A stretch of 36,020 nucleotides of DNA from Bigelowiella natans CCMP2755. Lineage: Eukaryota > Protista > Cercozoa. The translations under genes and the position numbers were made by a program. The notes under the pieces are model-generated. The model did not search any database. It saw only the letters and a program-made list of their open reading frames with translations, and was not told where the DNA came from. Numbering within the stretch: the stretch's first letter is position 1; every line of letters starts with the position of its first letter. This document shows positions 1-12,600 of this stretch, one piece after another. The stretch spans positions 1 through 36,020 of the forward strand of contig ADNK01002564.1 in NCBI GenBank assembly GCA_000320545.1, read 5' to 3'.

Positions 1-732
1 GCTTGATCTCGCACAGAATGATTTCTCCAAGCTTCAAGGGAAACTTCAGGTAGTAGTGACAGCCTCCTCTTCCTCTCTCCTCAACCGCCAATTCAATATC
101 CATGCTTGCAAAACCAGAGAGCAGTGATGATTCTCATGTCTACTACTTCATCACAACTCCCCCCCCAACCCCCCCCCCCCCCCCTTCCCCACCTTTCCCT
201 GGGAAACATAATATTCCTTCCCTCAGGAAATTCAAGACTACCTCCCCCGCGCACCGAAGGCCGACCCTAAAATCAATGTCTCAGGGTATAAAAAAACGCT
301 TGCCCCCTGGAAGCATGACCGGCGCTATGCGATTCTATAAAAAACACTTGAAGAAAGACCAGGAACAGAAAACGTATAAGGGGTAGAGGTGGGGGCCTGG
401 TAGATTGTATGCATTCCGAATGTGCCAGGTGTCGTGTCACCTTCTAGTATGCCTGGGTGGGAGGGGAATCTATTAACACTCCTCCATGCGTGGGTTCATG
501 TTGCGCTTTTCCTTCAGTGAGGAGGATGGCCTTTATATTCATACAATCTCTCTCTCTCTATCTCTCTCCCATCATCATTTGCGTCACATCTACACGCTGC
601 CATCTGAGCTGCTTACCCTTTTCATCAAATGATAACCCTCCAAGGTGCGGCGCTGCTTTAAGCATGAGCAGGCTACAAACGGCATCCTCTACATGGACTA
701 CGTCCTCGATATCAGCGGTTCGAAAAATAATG

Positions 733-772
<40 letters not shown>

Positions 773-876
773 TCTCATAAATATATTTATGTATTTACCA
801 AGGACTGAAGCCAGAGCTGCTGCCTCTGCTGAACCTATTCACTCGAATTGCGTCCGGGGCTACAGGAACAGGTCTC

Positions 877-917
<41 letters not shown>

Positions 918-2438
918 GCAGATTTTAATATGCATGTCGTTGGTTTGGTTGATTGCTTGCACATCGTTGGTCAGCTGAGAAGGACAGGGTTGCTCTCCGG
1001 CATGCCATCGATCGTCACACCGGCGGGTGGGAACAACATCGAGAGACGGATGATGACGATGATGGCGATGATGATAGTGATGCTTATGACGATGTCGACG
1101 TTGATGTTGGTGATGATTATGACGATGATGATGATGATAGTAGTGGTGACGATGATAACGATGATGATATTGAAGATGATGATCCTGGTAATGCTAATCT
1201 TCACTCCACCATCTCGTGCGGTGCCCCCCTCAGCATATCATGCTCATGGGGCTCATCCACCCCCATAACAAGGGGGGAGGACGGTAGTTGCGTTGTCGCA
1301 GCTCCAGATAGCGTCGGTCTGCGGCTCTATATGCACGGCAAGGTGGGTATATCGTAGAAGAACACACACAAATAACCGCTTGGAAACAACATCTGATGGC
1401 GCGGTGGTGTTGTTCATGAGGCTCTCCTCAAAAGGCTTTTAGCAGAGGCAGAAGAAGAAGAAGAAGAGGCAAAATGCCTTCTTCATCGCCCATTGCTGTT
1501 GGCTTAGCTAGTTTGCCTTCCAAGGAGCACATGATAGCATATGTACGAATGTAGAGGAGTGGGTATATGAAGGGGGAGGGGGGGAATTGCAGCAGCGAGG
1601 GTATGCGCCTATTGATTTGCTGTATCTTGCCGTTTGTAACCTGCACAATCATCAGTGTGTCGCAGCCAAATCCGCATAGTTATCTCTGGGACAAAATTCG
1701 TGTGATGGGGGGTGCTTACGGAGCAGGAATCTCTTTAAACGCACGGTACGAGTAAACAACGGAGGATGAGGAGGAGGAGGGGGGTTGAGAGAGAGGATAT
1801 ACAATCAAGACGCACGGCGCGTACAGTCTTGCTCTTACATCGCTCAATAGTACCACAAATTTGGCGGTATAGCTCAGTGCATCACACGCTTGATGTCGTA
1901 TGATTCTCCCTTTCCCCATCCTTATGCATGCATGTGTTTGGTATGAGCGTGCGTGTGTGTTTGTGTGTGTGTGTTGTGACAGAATGGGCACGTTTGCATT
2001 CTCTTCCTACCGTGATCCAAACGTGCGGGAGTCAATCGAGAACTACAAAAAGGCCGCAGAGTTTCTCATCGAGGCTGCCATCCCAGAGGAGGAGGTGCAA
2101 ATGTTGTATATCTATATATAATATATGCATATAATTTGTGTGTGGCCCTTTGGTCAATGAATGTAGGTTGAAAGAGCCATTATCGGCACGGTGAGCGACC
2201 TCGATTATCCCCAAACACCAGGGTAATCGTATAATAAACATGGGATTTTTTCTTGCGTGAATGAAGGAATGAGTGCGTGTGTGTGTCTGTGCGTTGTGTG
2301 CGAGAATGATTCCAAACCTAATCGCAGGGGTAAAGGTTCCACGTCGCTCTCTCGCTACTTCACAGGCTACAATGAGGGGGACGCTCAAAGGTAGAGTGCG
2401 AGCTTCCCCTTGGCACGCTCACAATGCGTATGTCTGTC

Positions 2439-2484
<46 letters not shown>

Positions 2485-2845
2485 TTCTTTTTGTATGATC
2501 GAAGAGCCCAGAGGCACTCGATACCCTTCATCGTTTTTCCGTTTGTAAAAAATGATAGATGGCGCGATGAAGTCCTTGCAACAACCGTGGAGGATTTCCG
2601 TGAGTTCGGACGAAGGTGTTTGTGTTAGCAGTGTTGACTACTAGAGCATTTCGCACTGATTGTTGGAGATTACGGTGATCGATGGTAATTGCAACAGGTT
2701 GAAGGCTGCACTCGACGACACGAGCAGTGCTCCAAGTATCTGTGCGTTTGGTTCGAAATCTGGGCTGATGAATGCGGTGGACGAAGGGCTCGATATGACT
2801 CTGGTTGATGCTTTTACAAACAAACCGTTGAAAGAAGAAGAATAA
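1..2845 (+). CDS. Presequence protease / pitrilysin-like M16C metallopeptidase, 3' portion (multi-exon, 5' end outside window, exon order anomalous)
   Basis: GT-AG exons read by hand: 1-49 (LDLAQNDFSKLQGKLQ), 227-~385 (degraded), 645-717 (KHEQATNGILYMDYVLDIS), 803-871 (GLKPELLPLLNLF), 975-1026 (AIDRHTGG), 1234-1342, 1680-1745 (YLWDKIRVMGGAYGAG), 1983-2094 (FSSYRDPN), 2167-2222 (RAIIGTVSDLDYPQTP), 2328-2390, 2559-2615 (WRDEVLATTVEDF), 2698-2845 (stop). These motifs match the PreP/Cym1 C-terminal half. Confidence 0.9.
1049..1186 (+). repeat. Degenerate (GAT)n microsatellite in an intron
   Basis: Run of gat/gac/gtt triplets inside the intron 1027-1233. It produces spurious poly-D, poly-M and poly-I ORFs. 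Confidence 0.85.
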
Positions 2846-4121
2846 GATGTAAAAGCTAGCAAGACGTTAAACAATGCTAGCATGAGATGTGTCAAGCATC
2901 AGTAGTAATCTTGATGACTTCATTTAAACGCATAGCAATAACACTAGCCGATGCATGATGCGATGTACTAAAATCAACACGATGCAAGGAGACAAATGAT
3001 ACGCATGATTACAGATGGCTATGTGCAATGCTAGAATGTCTAGATGTGATCGCTCTTCGTGTGGCAGGCATGCGACTTGTGACAATGTGTCACACCAGTC
3101 ATCGCTCATCGTTATTATATATATTGTGTATTGCTGTGTCTATTATTGTTGACCGGTTAGTGGAAGCAATGCACATGACAATAATCTGTATGGATGGGCC
3201 GAAGAAGGCTCATTGTTGCAGCTTGTTTTAATTTTGCACTTGATAGACCAAAACTGGAAAGGTTAATTAACACGGTGATGCCAGCATGCATGCATGCATC
3301 AGCAGCTAGTGGTATGATATAGATGATGCTGTCTGTCGCTGTCTACCTACGCATGTGCCATCATTTAGATCATTAAATGAAATTTAGCAAATTTTGACCA
3401 AAACGTGGGATGCATTACTACCATAGTTCTTGATAACAACGAAATCATCTGGTAAGACAACGCAGGCAGTTCACTATGTGGTTATTAATGCTGCGTAAAT
3501 CTCACCTGCCATAAGAATTTTTGACGAACAGAGCCCCAATTTGCAAATTCAAAAAGTCAACTAGTTTCTAAATAAACTGCTGAGCGCTATTAAGTTCCTA
3601 CCTTATACAGATAACTAAGTCACTTTGAATTAGAATCAGAAAAAAGCCTGGTTTGACGGGCCAAATCGAGAAGCAGTTCCAAATTTCCCACTCTGTGGCA
3701 AACATTTCGTCGAATTGGATGAATGCCGCACAAGGCAAACAGATAATTTCAGTAAAATTCAGTAAATGTGTAAAATTCAAAACGCAATCCAACTCAATCT
3801 TTCGACACGTTAGCATGAAAAAACCTTTGCTTTCCACTTCTTGTGCCCAAGCATATCCCTTGGATCCTTACTTTTAGGCTTCGGGCTTGCTACCCTTGCT
3901 TTTCCTTCCAATTTTGTTGGGGATGCACTAAATTAAAGAGATATTCTGAGAATCACTGTCCATTAATGATCAGTCCGATTCTAGAAATACATTTATACTT
4001 TAACCTCAGTTGTGAAGGAGGATAAATGAGTTTAATCGTCGTGGTAGTGGTTTTCGTTTCTGTCTGCAGATACGACATTTAGGTGAGTAGAACCTCTTCA
4101 ATCTGTAATATGACAATCGAA

Positions 4122-5116
4122 CCGTTTTTGCCTTGGAGATTGGGTCAGTGGTCGTGACAGTCACCGTTTCAACAATAATTTTCTCTCCTAAATTGCCATG
4201 TGTTTAAGCATAGTAAAAATAGCAAGGGTGGCTGTGCAGAAATTCTTACGTCTCTCGGGATCGATTGTTGTTTTAATGACAGTGACAGTCACTTTGCCTT
4301 TTCCCCGCGTTGTTTTCTGTAAAGTTTATTCTCAAGTACATTTATTTGTGTGGAGTGTGTAAAAATATGCCTTTTGGGTCTTAGTGGACTTCTGAACCAT
4401 TTTCCATTCGTTCTGTGAACATGTCTCGTTCAGAATTTTACAAAACTGCATTTTGAATTTATAGAAATATAAATTACCTCCACTTGACGTTTTGATTCCT
4501 CTTCTGCCTCTCTTTCGGCTGCCTCCTTCATACGCCTAGCCTCCTCTTTTGAACGTCGGTCAGCTTCTTCTTCAGCTCTTCGTTCCCTTTCAGCTCTTTC
4601 GGCCTCCAGGCGATCTGCTTTCTCTTTCATCAACCGTTCCATTTGTTCTCTAACCTTTTGAGCTTCTTGCCTAGCAATAAACTCGGATTTCTCTCTTGCT
4701 ATTCGCTCCGCTTCAAGACGAGCGGCTTCCTCCTTCGCTTTGCGTAAGGCCTCTTCTCTTGCAATTCGTTCTGCCTCTAGTCGAGCAGCCTCCTCTTTTG
4801 CTTTTCGTTCAGTTTCGAGACGGGCATTGCGCTCCTTTCGCAGTCTCTCTTCAAGATCTCTAGCTTCCTTCTCCCTGGCCAATCGCTGTTCTTCCTCTCT
4901 AGTAAGTTTTTCCTTCTCAATTCGTGCAGCTTCTTCAATTATCTTTCGTTCAGCCGCTAAACGAGCTTCTTTTTCCTTCTCTAACTGTGTCGCTAATTCT
5001 CGGGCCTTTCTCTCGTACTCTTCCCTGATTTGCTTTTCTGCCTTAAGACGTGCTGCTTCTTGTATTTCCTTTTCTTTTGCAGAGAGCTTCCCCTTTCCTG
5101 ATTTAAACATGTTCAT
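4122..5116 (-). CDS. Hypothetical E/K/R/A-rich coiled-coil repeat protein (multi-exon; 3' end unresolved, may extend toward ~3400)
   Basis: Exon 5116-4478 has repeated KAKEEAARLEAERIARE units. In-frame GT-AG exons follow at 4316-4250 (KTTRGKGKVTVTVIKTT) and 4187-~4122 (EKIIVETVTVTTTDP). Confidence 0.6.
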
Positions 5117-5689
5117 ACCACGTCTTCACAGAATTTTGCACAACCTCATCTTTTATGTTCCTACCACGACCAAAACGAGCTCCACCCTCCCTAATGCAGA
5201 GTACATTTGGTGAGTGATGCCTAGCCTTTACCCACGTGGTTTTGCTGATGTTTGCGATGTTTAATCTTGGGATTACCAAGAGAATCCTGCCTCAGTTGTT
5301 GCAGCAGAGCTTGAACTGGTTGATATGTATGTCAGGCAAATTTGAGGCAGTCTGAATCATTCAGTACTACCTCAGTGGTCTCGAACCAGGCGGACTAAAA
5401 GGGCTGCTTCTGGAATACGTTCGGCCCATTGATGAGGAAGATCCTGATGCCGAAATAATCAATACAAAGTACATTTTGGACAGTATGAGCATAGCGCACA
5501 ATAATTTCGACTCTGTATGTTCAGCAACGTGGTCGAAATCCTGGCACTCAGAGATTTCAATGAGTTATCGGGTAAAAATTGAAATTTATAGCAACTTGCA
5601 TTTTTTGACTAGCTACTGTTGCCAATAATCAGTATCAACAATGTTATCTGTATGGAGCACTCATTTGTAAACTGTATCCTAAATCCTGA

Positions 5690-6386
5690 AGGGCGACCAG
5701 GGCTCCATCCTTTCGATTCCGGGAGATAGTCTCTTTCATCTATATCCAGCTCTGATTTAGATCTCGATCCTTTAATACTGACCCCCCTCTATAAGGGACA
5801 TGACCCACTTAGATCAGATTTACAAATAAGGTATTCTTTAATTTCACTATTCACCGGATCGATTTTTCCGTGCCCCAGTCCAATATTATCATTATCAGCA
5901 TTTTTGTAGAATGGTCTATCAGTGCACAAAGGTAGCCTATGAGGCTCAATAACTCATAATTTATTCTTATTTAAACTGAATTCAAGTTATGGATCCAGTA
6001 CACATCTAGATGTTGCGAAAAAAGTACCCCGATCCAAACCGAGGGCGGTGAGACCCAAATCCAAAACCCCCTTTTCTCGGACTAGTAACTCTTCTACTTG
6101 ACTGAGATTTCGAAATTCCAGGTCTCGGTCTACCACATATTGTCAATTTGTTGGTAAACAGGTTGTAGTTAGTATAACGTTTCGGAGCAAAATACATCGG
6201 CCTTCGCCTCGCTGATCGACTCTTGGGGCTACTGTTCCTATGTTGTTTCTTTAACTTTGAAGAAGAAGACTTTTTGTTGACTGGTGTCATAGAACGTAGT
6301 CCCTGTCTCTGTCCCTTCGTTGGTTCCATTTTGTTTCGCGTGGGTTGCGGTGGCGGCGGTGCAATGGATGTTTTGTTGATGCACAT
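5690..6386 (-). CDS. Hypothetical basic S/R/K-rich protein (probably multi-exon, boundaries uncertain)
   Basis: ORF 6386-6006 with a donor-like site near 6026, and a possible further exon at ~5790-5690 (SIKGSRSKSELDIDERDYLP). No recognisable domain. Confidence 0.35.
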
Positions 6387-6884
6387 TCATTGATTAGATT
6401 GAGCAGCAAACAGCAGCACCAACTGTCCCTGGAGATTCCCAAGAGATTTTTAGTCTTCTTCTGAGGCTCTCTCAGAATCTCTGTCGATCCGACGCAAGAC
6501 GCCCTTTTTTTCCCGCTGGCAAGGCGCTCGGGCGAATTTCTGATTAAGCTTCTACTTGTACATCATTAGCAATTGTCGTCTTCTCGTTTGCATGATTATT
6601 ATTATTTACGACATGAAAATACACATGTCGATTGGTAATATCCAAACGAATTTGGCCTTGCGATCTTTGCTGCAAGTTCTTGTTCGTTTCCGGCTCTGAG
6701 AGAAGGAACAACGTAGACGAAGGCTTGTTTTTGCCACTACAAACAATCGCAAAATCAATTTATCGCTGAAGAATTTCCTAAAGGATAGAAATATAGAAAT
6801 CACATCATTTTTATCATCTGCGACAACAATCTTTTCCTGTAGCGATAAAAACGGCCCACAGCTGAAATTCAAAGGACAAACACA

Positions 6885-8461
6885 ATGGGGGCTTGTGCAG
6901 GCCCGATGTTGGCAGCCGTCTGTGGTGGCGAGGGTCACCCTAAGGGAGACCCAGAAGAACAGGCAATCCATAGGAGAATTGATAAAGCGATTCTAAAGGA
7001 GAAGGAGAAACAAGAGGTGTGTGGTTAGTCTCAGTGATGAAGTACAGGTGCCAATGAAATGACCGCTATCTGCACCACAGGAGGTGCACAAACTACTACT
7101 ATTAGGAGCAGGAGAAAGCGGGAAAAGCACGCTGTTTAAGCAGGTAGGTTTAAATACTTTACTCGAAATTATTTTAGTAAGTCCTGAGACTGCCTGACCT
7201 TGCTTGAACATTCAATATCAGATGCTGCTGATATATGGGAATGGATTCTCGAGAAAACAGGTTGAATCGTTTCGTCCAGTGATATATAGTACGACGATTA
7301 CGGCGATGAAAATCTTGGTCGAGCATACCGAGTCCTTCTATAAAAAATATCGCGACGAACGATATCGTGTAGACGGAAAAAATCAAATTTACGCAGAGAT
7401 GATCAAGGAAGTAAAATTCATGGACCAGCTCACTCCAAAATTAGCGACAGCAGTAGAAGCCTTGTGGAACGACCCAGCTATTAAAGAGGGAGGGTGGGAA
7501 CAGAGGCATCTAACACAGATTCCAGATACTTCGGACTATTTTTTCTCAAGAGCAAGGGAACTAGCTTCGCCTGATTACGTCCCGTCAGAAGATGATGTTC
7601 TGCGGGTCCGAGCAAGAACTACCGGTGTCGTCGAAACTCTATTTAATATTTCTGATAACCAATTTGTTATGTTGGATGTCGGGGGACAGCGCAGTGAGAG
7701 GAAGAAATGGATTCACTGTTTTGAAAACGTGTCATGTGTTCTCTTCGTCGCTGCTATCAGCGGGTATAATCAGGTATGGAACTCGTATACCTATAATTTT
7801 TTTTTAATTTACTATTTCTCTTATGAGTAGCTCCTTTTTGAAGATGGCAAAACTAATAGACTTTCTGAGGTACATACTTCCACCATATTCTGAATCGTAA
7901 AATCTGAGATTCTGAGATTTTTACCTTAAGGCCCTCGTCCTATTTGATGATATATGCAATTCTCCGTGGTTCGTAAAATCATCAATGGTACTTTTTCTCA
8001 ATAAAAGTGATCTCTTCAAGCAAAAGATTCGCAAGTCTGTACTCTAAAGTAAATCAATTTCTGTTCAACGATATTCAAGTTAGTTTTCTAAATAGGTTTC
8101 CTATTACTGTCTGTCCCGATTTGCAAGGATTTGACGGTGACGTCAACAGCTTTAGACAGACAGCAAAGTTTATCGAAGAAGAGTTTATGATTCGCAATCG
8201 GGTACAGAGATTTGTACTATCAGAAACATTTAGTTTTACTTATATTCTCTGGTTATAGTCTCCAATGAAAACTGTTTATCCTCACGTTACCTGTGCAACT
8301 AATCGGAAGAACGTTGCAGTGGTCTTCAATGGGTAACTATAAAAATTCATGTTCTGTACGACGACATCGTGACTTGGTTGAAATTGATATTTCCTAGGGT
8401 GAAAGATACAATTTTGAAAAAGAGTCTGGAACAGGCTGGATTGGTTCTCACGGATTACTAG
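6885..8461 (+). CDS. Heterotrimeric G-protein alpha subunit (8 exons, 377 aa)
   Basis: Exons 6885-7016, 7081-7143, 7222-7773, 7831-7869, 7931-8034, 8096-8201, 8259-8332, 8398-8461 splice in frame (1134 nt). Motifs: N-terminal MGAC (myristoylation/palmitoylation-like), GAGESGKST, RARTTG, DVGGQR, FLNKSD, TCAT. Confidence 0.97.
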
Positions 8462-9668
8462 CGCGGGTCGCTATTTTGCTTAGATGTAAAGCAAGATATG
8501 CCAAGCATCAGCTTATCATATTATTCTGTATTATATTTATGACTTAAGATTATTATTGGAAAAGATTTGTTATTAAACAACTTAACCTTTACAATGTCTA
8601 TCTAGACATCAAGAAACTTATTTAGTCATTTTAGATTCGGCGAATGATTGACATGATCAAATAGCATCGCTGTGTGCATGTCAGCCAGCCTATGTATGAT
8701 GTCCGCTAGCTAAATTTAGCACGCAGGCAGGACTGGTTGGCAATGCTAGAATGCTAGATGGCAGCAGACCATCGATCAGCATGTGTGTACATCTAGACAT
8801 CTTTGATCTCATGTCTAGGTATGATGAATGCATGCACTCGCTAGCTCGTGCGATCACCAAGTGCGTGCGTGCGCGCACGCATGCGATGCTCCATGCTGTG
8901 CTGGACTAGTCTAGTAGTGGATGGTCTCCTCTAGATCTAGTCCATTTAGTGTCTGTGGAATGCTAGAATGCACGGATCGTGACACACATTTACATGCACG
9001 ATGCTAGCATGCTAGCTAGCTAGCACTAGAGCGTAGCATGCTGGCATGAGAGAAATTGCAACATGCAAATCTAGACATCCGTGTGATCTCTAATGAAGGT
9101 CTTGAAGCTCTGAGACATCAGGAAAAATCATTGATGAGGACATTGAGTGCAGACAATGCTAGAATGAACGCGCGCTAGTTGATATTGTGCCAAGATTGTT
9201 CCAGTGTTTCTGGAGGCAACACAAACAGCAACCAAGCTTCTTCGCCACGTGTGCGGCTGCATATTGTAGCCTTTGGAAAGTCGATCCATGAATCATCGAC
9301 AGTCACCGAGAGCATCCGAATCATCTTCTGCATTGCCATGGTGTACATGCTACCAATGGCCGATCGCATCCCTTGCGTCCAGCCCAAATGCAGCTCCTAA
9401 AGGTACACATATGCACACAACAGAAAATCTACATTAAATACAGACAGAAGGTGTTGCAAGTAATTAATGGAATGTAGCATTGCGTACCTGCGAGAGCGAC
9501 ATGGCGGACTGGATCTGGCCCTTTAGCGTCCCGCAACTTAACTTTTGCTACTCGCCTTCGGAAGGTCTTTTCGGCTTGGGTAAGCCGTTTGTTCGACACT
9601 AAAAACAAGAAAAATCGTTATCCCCACGAAGCTCCGATATTTTACACGAATTATGTGTGGAAGCACAT

Positions 9669-12600
9669 CTATCTCACCCTATGCATTAAGTTAAATATGG
9701 AAAACTCACTATGTACTATCTTTTTGGTGTTCTGCAAGAGAGCATGCATTCCGGCTCCTCCTCTTATTTTTGTCCCCCGTGTCCTTCTTCTCCGCGCTGC
9801 CCCTGCCGATTTTCGCTCCTCGTCTTCCTTTGCCTCCATCTTTGAGCTTGCTTCCCGCTGCTCTTGTTTTTGAATTTTCCCCCCCTCCTTAAAATCTTCC
9901 CCGAGAGTGTTGGAGATCTGCTTGCCAGTACGGCGTATCTGCACCGACTTGCAGGTGCTGCTAGATTTATCATTTGTGCTATTACTTCTACCGGTATCAA
10001 AATTATTATGCGCACTCCTGGTCGCTCTATACTTCCCCCTCTTGCTGCTTCTCTTCTTTCCAGGCGACAAAGCTGACGAGGAGAACACCTGCGAGGTGAG
10101 GAGATTAGGTGAGTATATTCAGAAGAGGCATTTCTGGCGAGAATACTGCTTTTCATCTCCCAAACCTCAACTTGCAGAAACAGAAGGAAGGGGAGCCGAT
10201 AAAGATTGGCATATCCCCGCATCTACTATTTATTACTACTAACCACTGCGCTACTCTAACAATACCTTTGTTGTCAAGTGGTAGTTATTATTTTCAGGTA
10301 TCTGAAGAGGGGCATTGCTATACTTGATTCCAGGGTTAGGATTGAATGCCTTCGGCACGTCATAGTGGAAGTCATCCCTAAGCTCGCGGTGCAGCTGCTT
10401 CGCCTCGCGGAGGCTCCTCATATACGAATTGTGCCAAAGCTGAAGGTTTGCCGTGAAGAAAGACCATACCGACGAAGAAACAAAAGACGGAAGAAGTAAA
10501 GAAAAGGACAAACGAGGATTACGTAAACGGTAAGTAAAGTAAGGCTTCGTTCCTTCCACCCCTTCTTTCGATTCTTCCTATTCGTCCACTCCTCACCTTG
10601 ATATCCCGTAGATTCGCGCGCTGCCTTCCCGGAATAACGTCGCTTGCAAAGCGCTCGCATTGCTTCCGCGCTAATCTACCTCGCACAGACTTCTTAAGGA
10701 TGGACGCGAGCTCTTTCTGCGTCAACCATCCTTCCTTCTCGGTCTTTTGCCGGATGAAAAACTCATAATTTTGCACAACGGTGAGGGCGTTCACTAGTTG
10801 CAGGTGGAGCGTCACGTCGAGGAACTTCTGGCATCGCACGGTCCCTGAAGATGATGGTGATGGGAGGGAGAGGGGGGAGGAAAGGCATAGCTGTTATTAT
10901 TATCCATAATTGTTCTTGCTACACTACCGCTACAAAGATATATGTGCGATCTCATCACCATACCGTCCGAAGCGGCAGAGGCCAAACTCAGGAAATCTCC
11001 AATGTGGATTTGGGACTGCGCGTGACTCATTCCCGCATTTTGCAGCGCAGCTGAGAGCCGGGGCATCGATATACGACGAGGCTTGCCGGTCCCCATCTGC
11101 CGAACCTGCTTCGAGAGCTGCACCATGTTGAGCTCTGGATACGGGGTGGCCTTAAGTGCCCCTCCCACATTTCCGCCTCCCCCGATAGCGGAGGTTCCAC
11201 CACCAAAATCGTGCAATCCCCCCACTTCATTGGCAGCAGCAACCCACTCTGCTAGCTGGTCCAGGTCTTGTTCCGCCCCCCCCCCTCCACCGCTTCCTCC
11301 GCTTGACGAACTCAGAAAGTTCTGCGAAGTGGATGAATGCGAGATTGTGGAGCGGCGGTTATGCCGATGCCGCGCTGCGCGTGCACGCGTGCGTACCATC
11401 TTGGCATGAATGCAGGGAGAGTTGAGTAATAGTCCGCACGTGTACAACGCTCGTCGCCCGTGGCGAAACTCCCCATGCTTTATTTCGCTGACCCAGAGCA
11501 ATACCATCGACATCAGGAATTTCTTGAGGGGGAATTTGTCTGAACTGAAAATGAAGCGCTCTGGTCGGAAGTCGCCAAAGATCTCCGGCATTTCCTCCTG
11601 GGCTGCTCTCAGAGATGATCTGAAAGCATCGGCTCGCAGCTCTGAGTTGAGTGTCATCACGCGTGCAATCTGGAGATAGGCTGGCAAGTCAAGTGGCGAT
11701 ATACGGCATCCATTGGAGAGGCTCTCGTAGACCTTTCGAAGGTGCACATCCATAAACAAACAGCAATGAGTACAACACTGAGAGAGTCGGAACTAGCGAA
11801 CGCGCGAAGGAGAGGGGTATGGAAAAGATGGAGTGGCTATTAGGGTGGTGGATTCTAAATCCGATATCTAGCTTCATTTGTTTCCAAAAGCGGGGTACCT
11901 CGCGGAACACGCGTTCAATCACTGCACGCAGCCTCTCCACGGAGATATCTTCGTTGCCGTTGGTAATCTCCATATCAAATATCAGATTCGTCCAATAGGT
12001 GGGGCACATTACTTTAACTGGCGGTAATATCATTATCCTCTCCAGCTGCGTGCGGGTCATTTGGATCCCTGAGTGGAGGAATTCGTTCTTTTGTTGTTAC
12101 TGTGCAGTGATATGCATGCGATCAAGGCAGGAGGGTTAGAGTACAGGCTTACCACTATCCACGATTCCGTCTGGATCCACTCCCTGCAACGCACGGAATA
12201 CACGCATGATGTGGGGGTTGCACTTCGGATTCCAAGAGTTCAGCTCTCGCGCCAGCGCCCAGATTTCCGACTCGTCATCCAGAAGAGCGCTTTCTCTCCG
12301 CGCCTGGAGCATCTTGAGCTCCGAATCACTTTTGGGCCTGCGTGGCGTGGAATTCCACTTCCGCAACACTGATATCTTGCTCTCTCTCACCTTGATAAGC
12401 AGCGTATCGTCCCCGAGGCATGCGCCCATGAACCGCAGGTATTTAGCAGCCAAATACCTCTTCGTGTGTGCCGCAGCTGGCGCACAAATAGACTCAGCTG
12501 CTCGTTTGGCAAAGTAATTTATGAAGGTTCCCTCGCTAACCTGTATTAATTACCAGTTTTGAGTTATCTTACACCTATTATTGCTTGCTGCCTATTATGG

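Noticed and set aside
930-1357. Poly-M, poly-D and poly-I ORFs
   Set aside because: They are translations of an intronic (GAT)n microsatellite; only the flanking small exons are coding.
4740-5213. Ser/Arg-rich plus-strand ORF
   Set aside because: Antisense shadow of the coiled-coil exon.
8289-8303. G-alpha G5 motif reads TCATN rather than TCATD
   Set aside because: Minor variant at a tolerant position; all catalytic motifs are intact.
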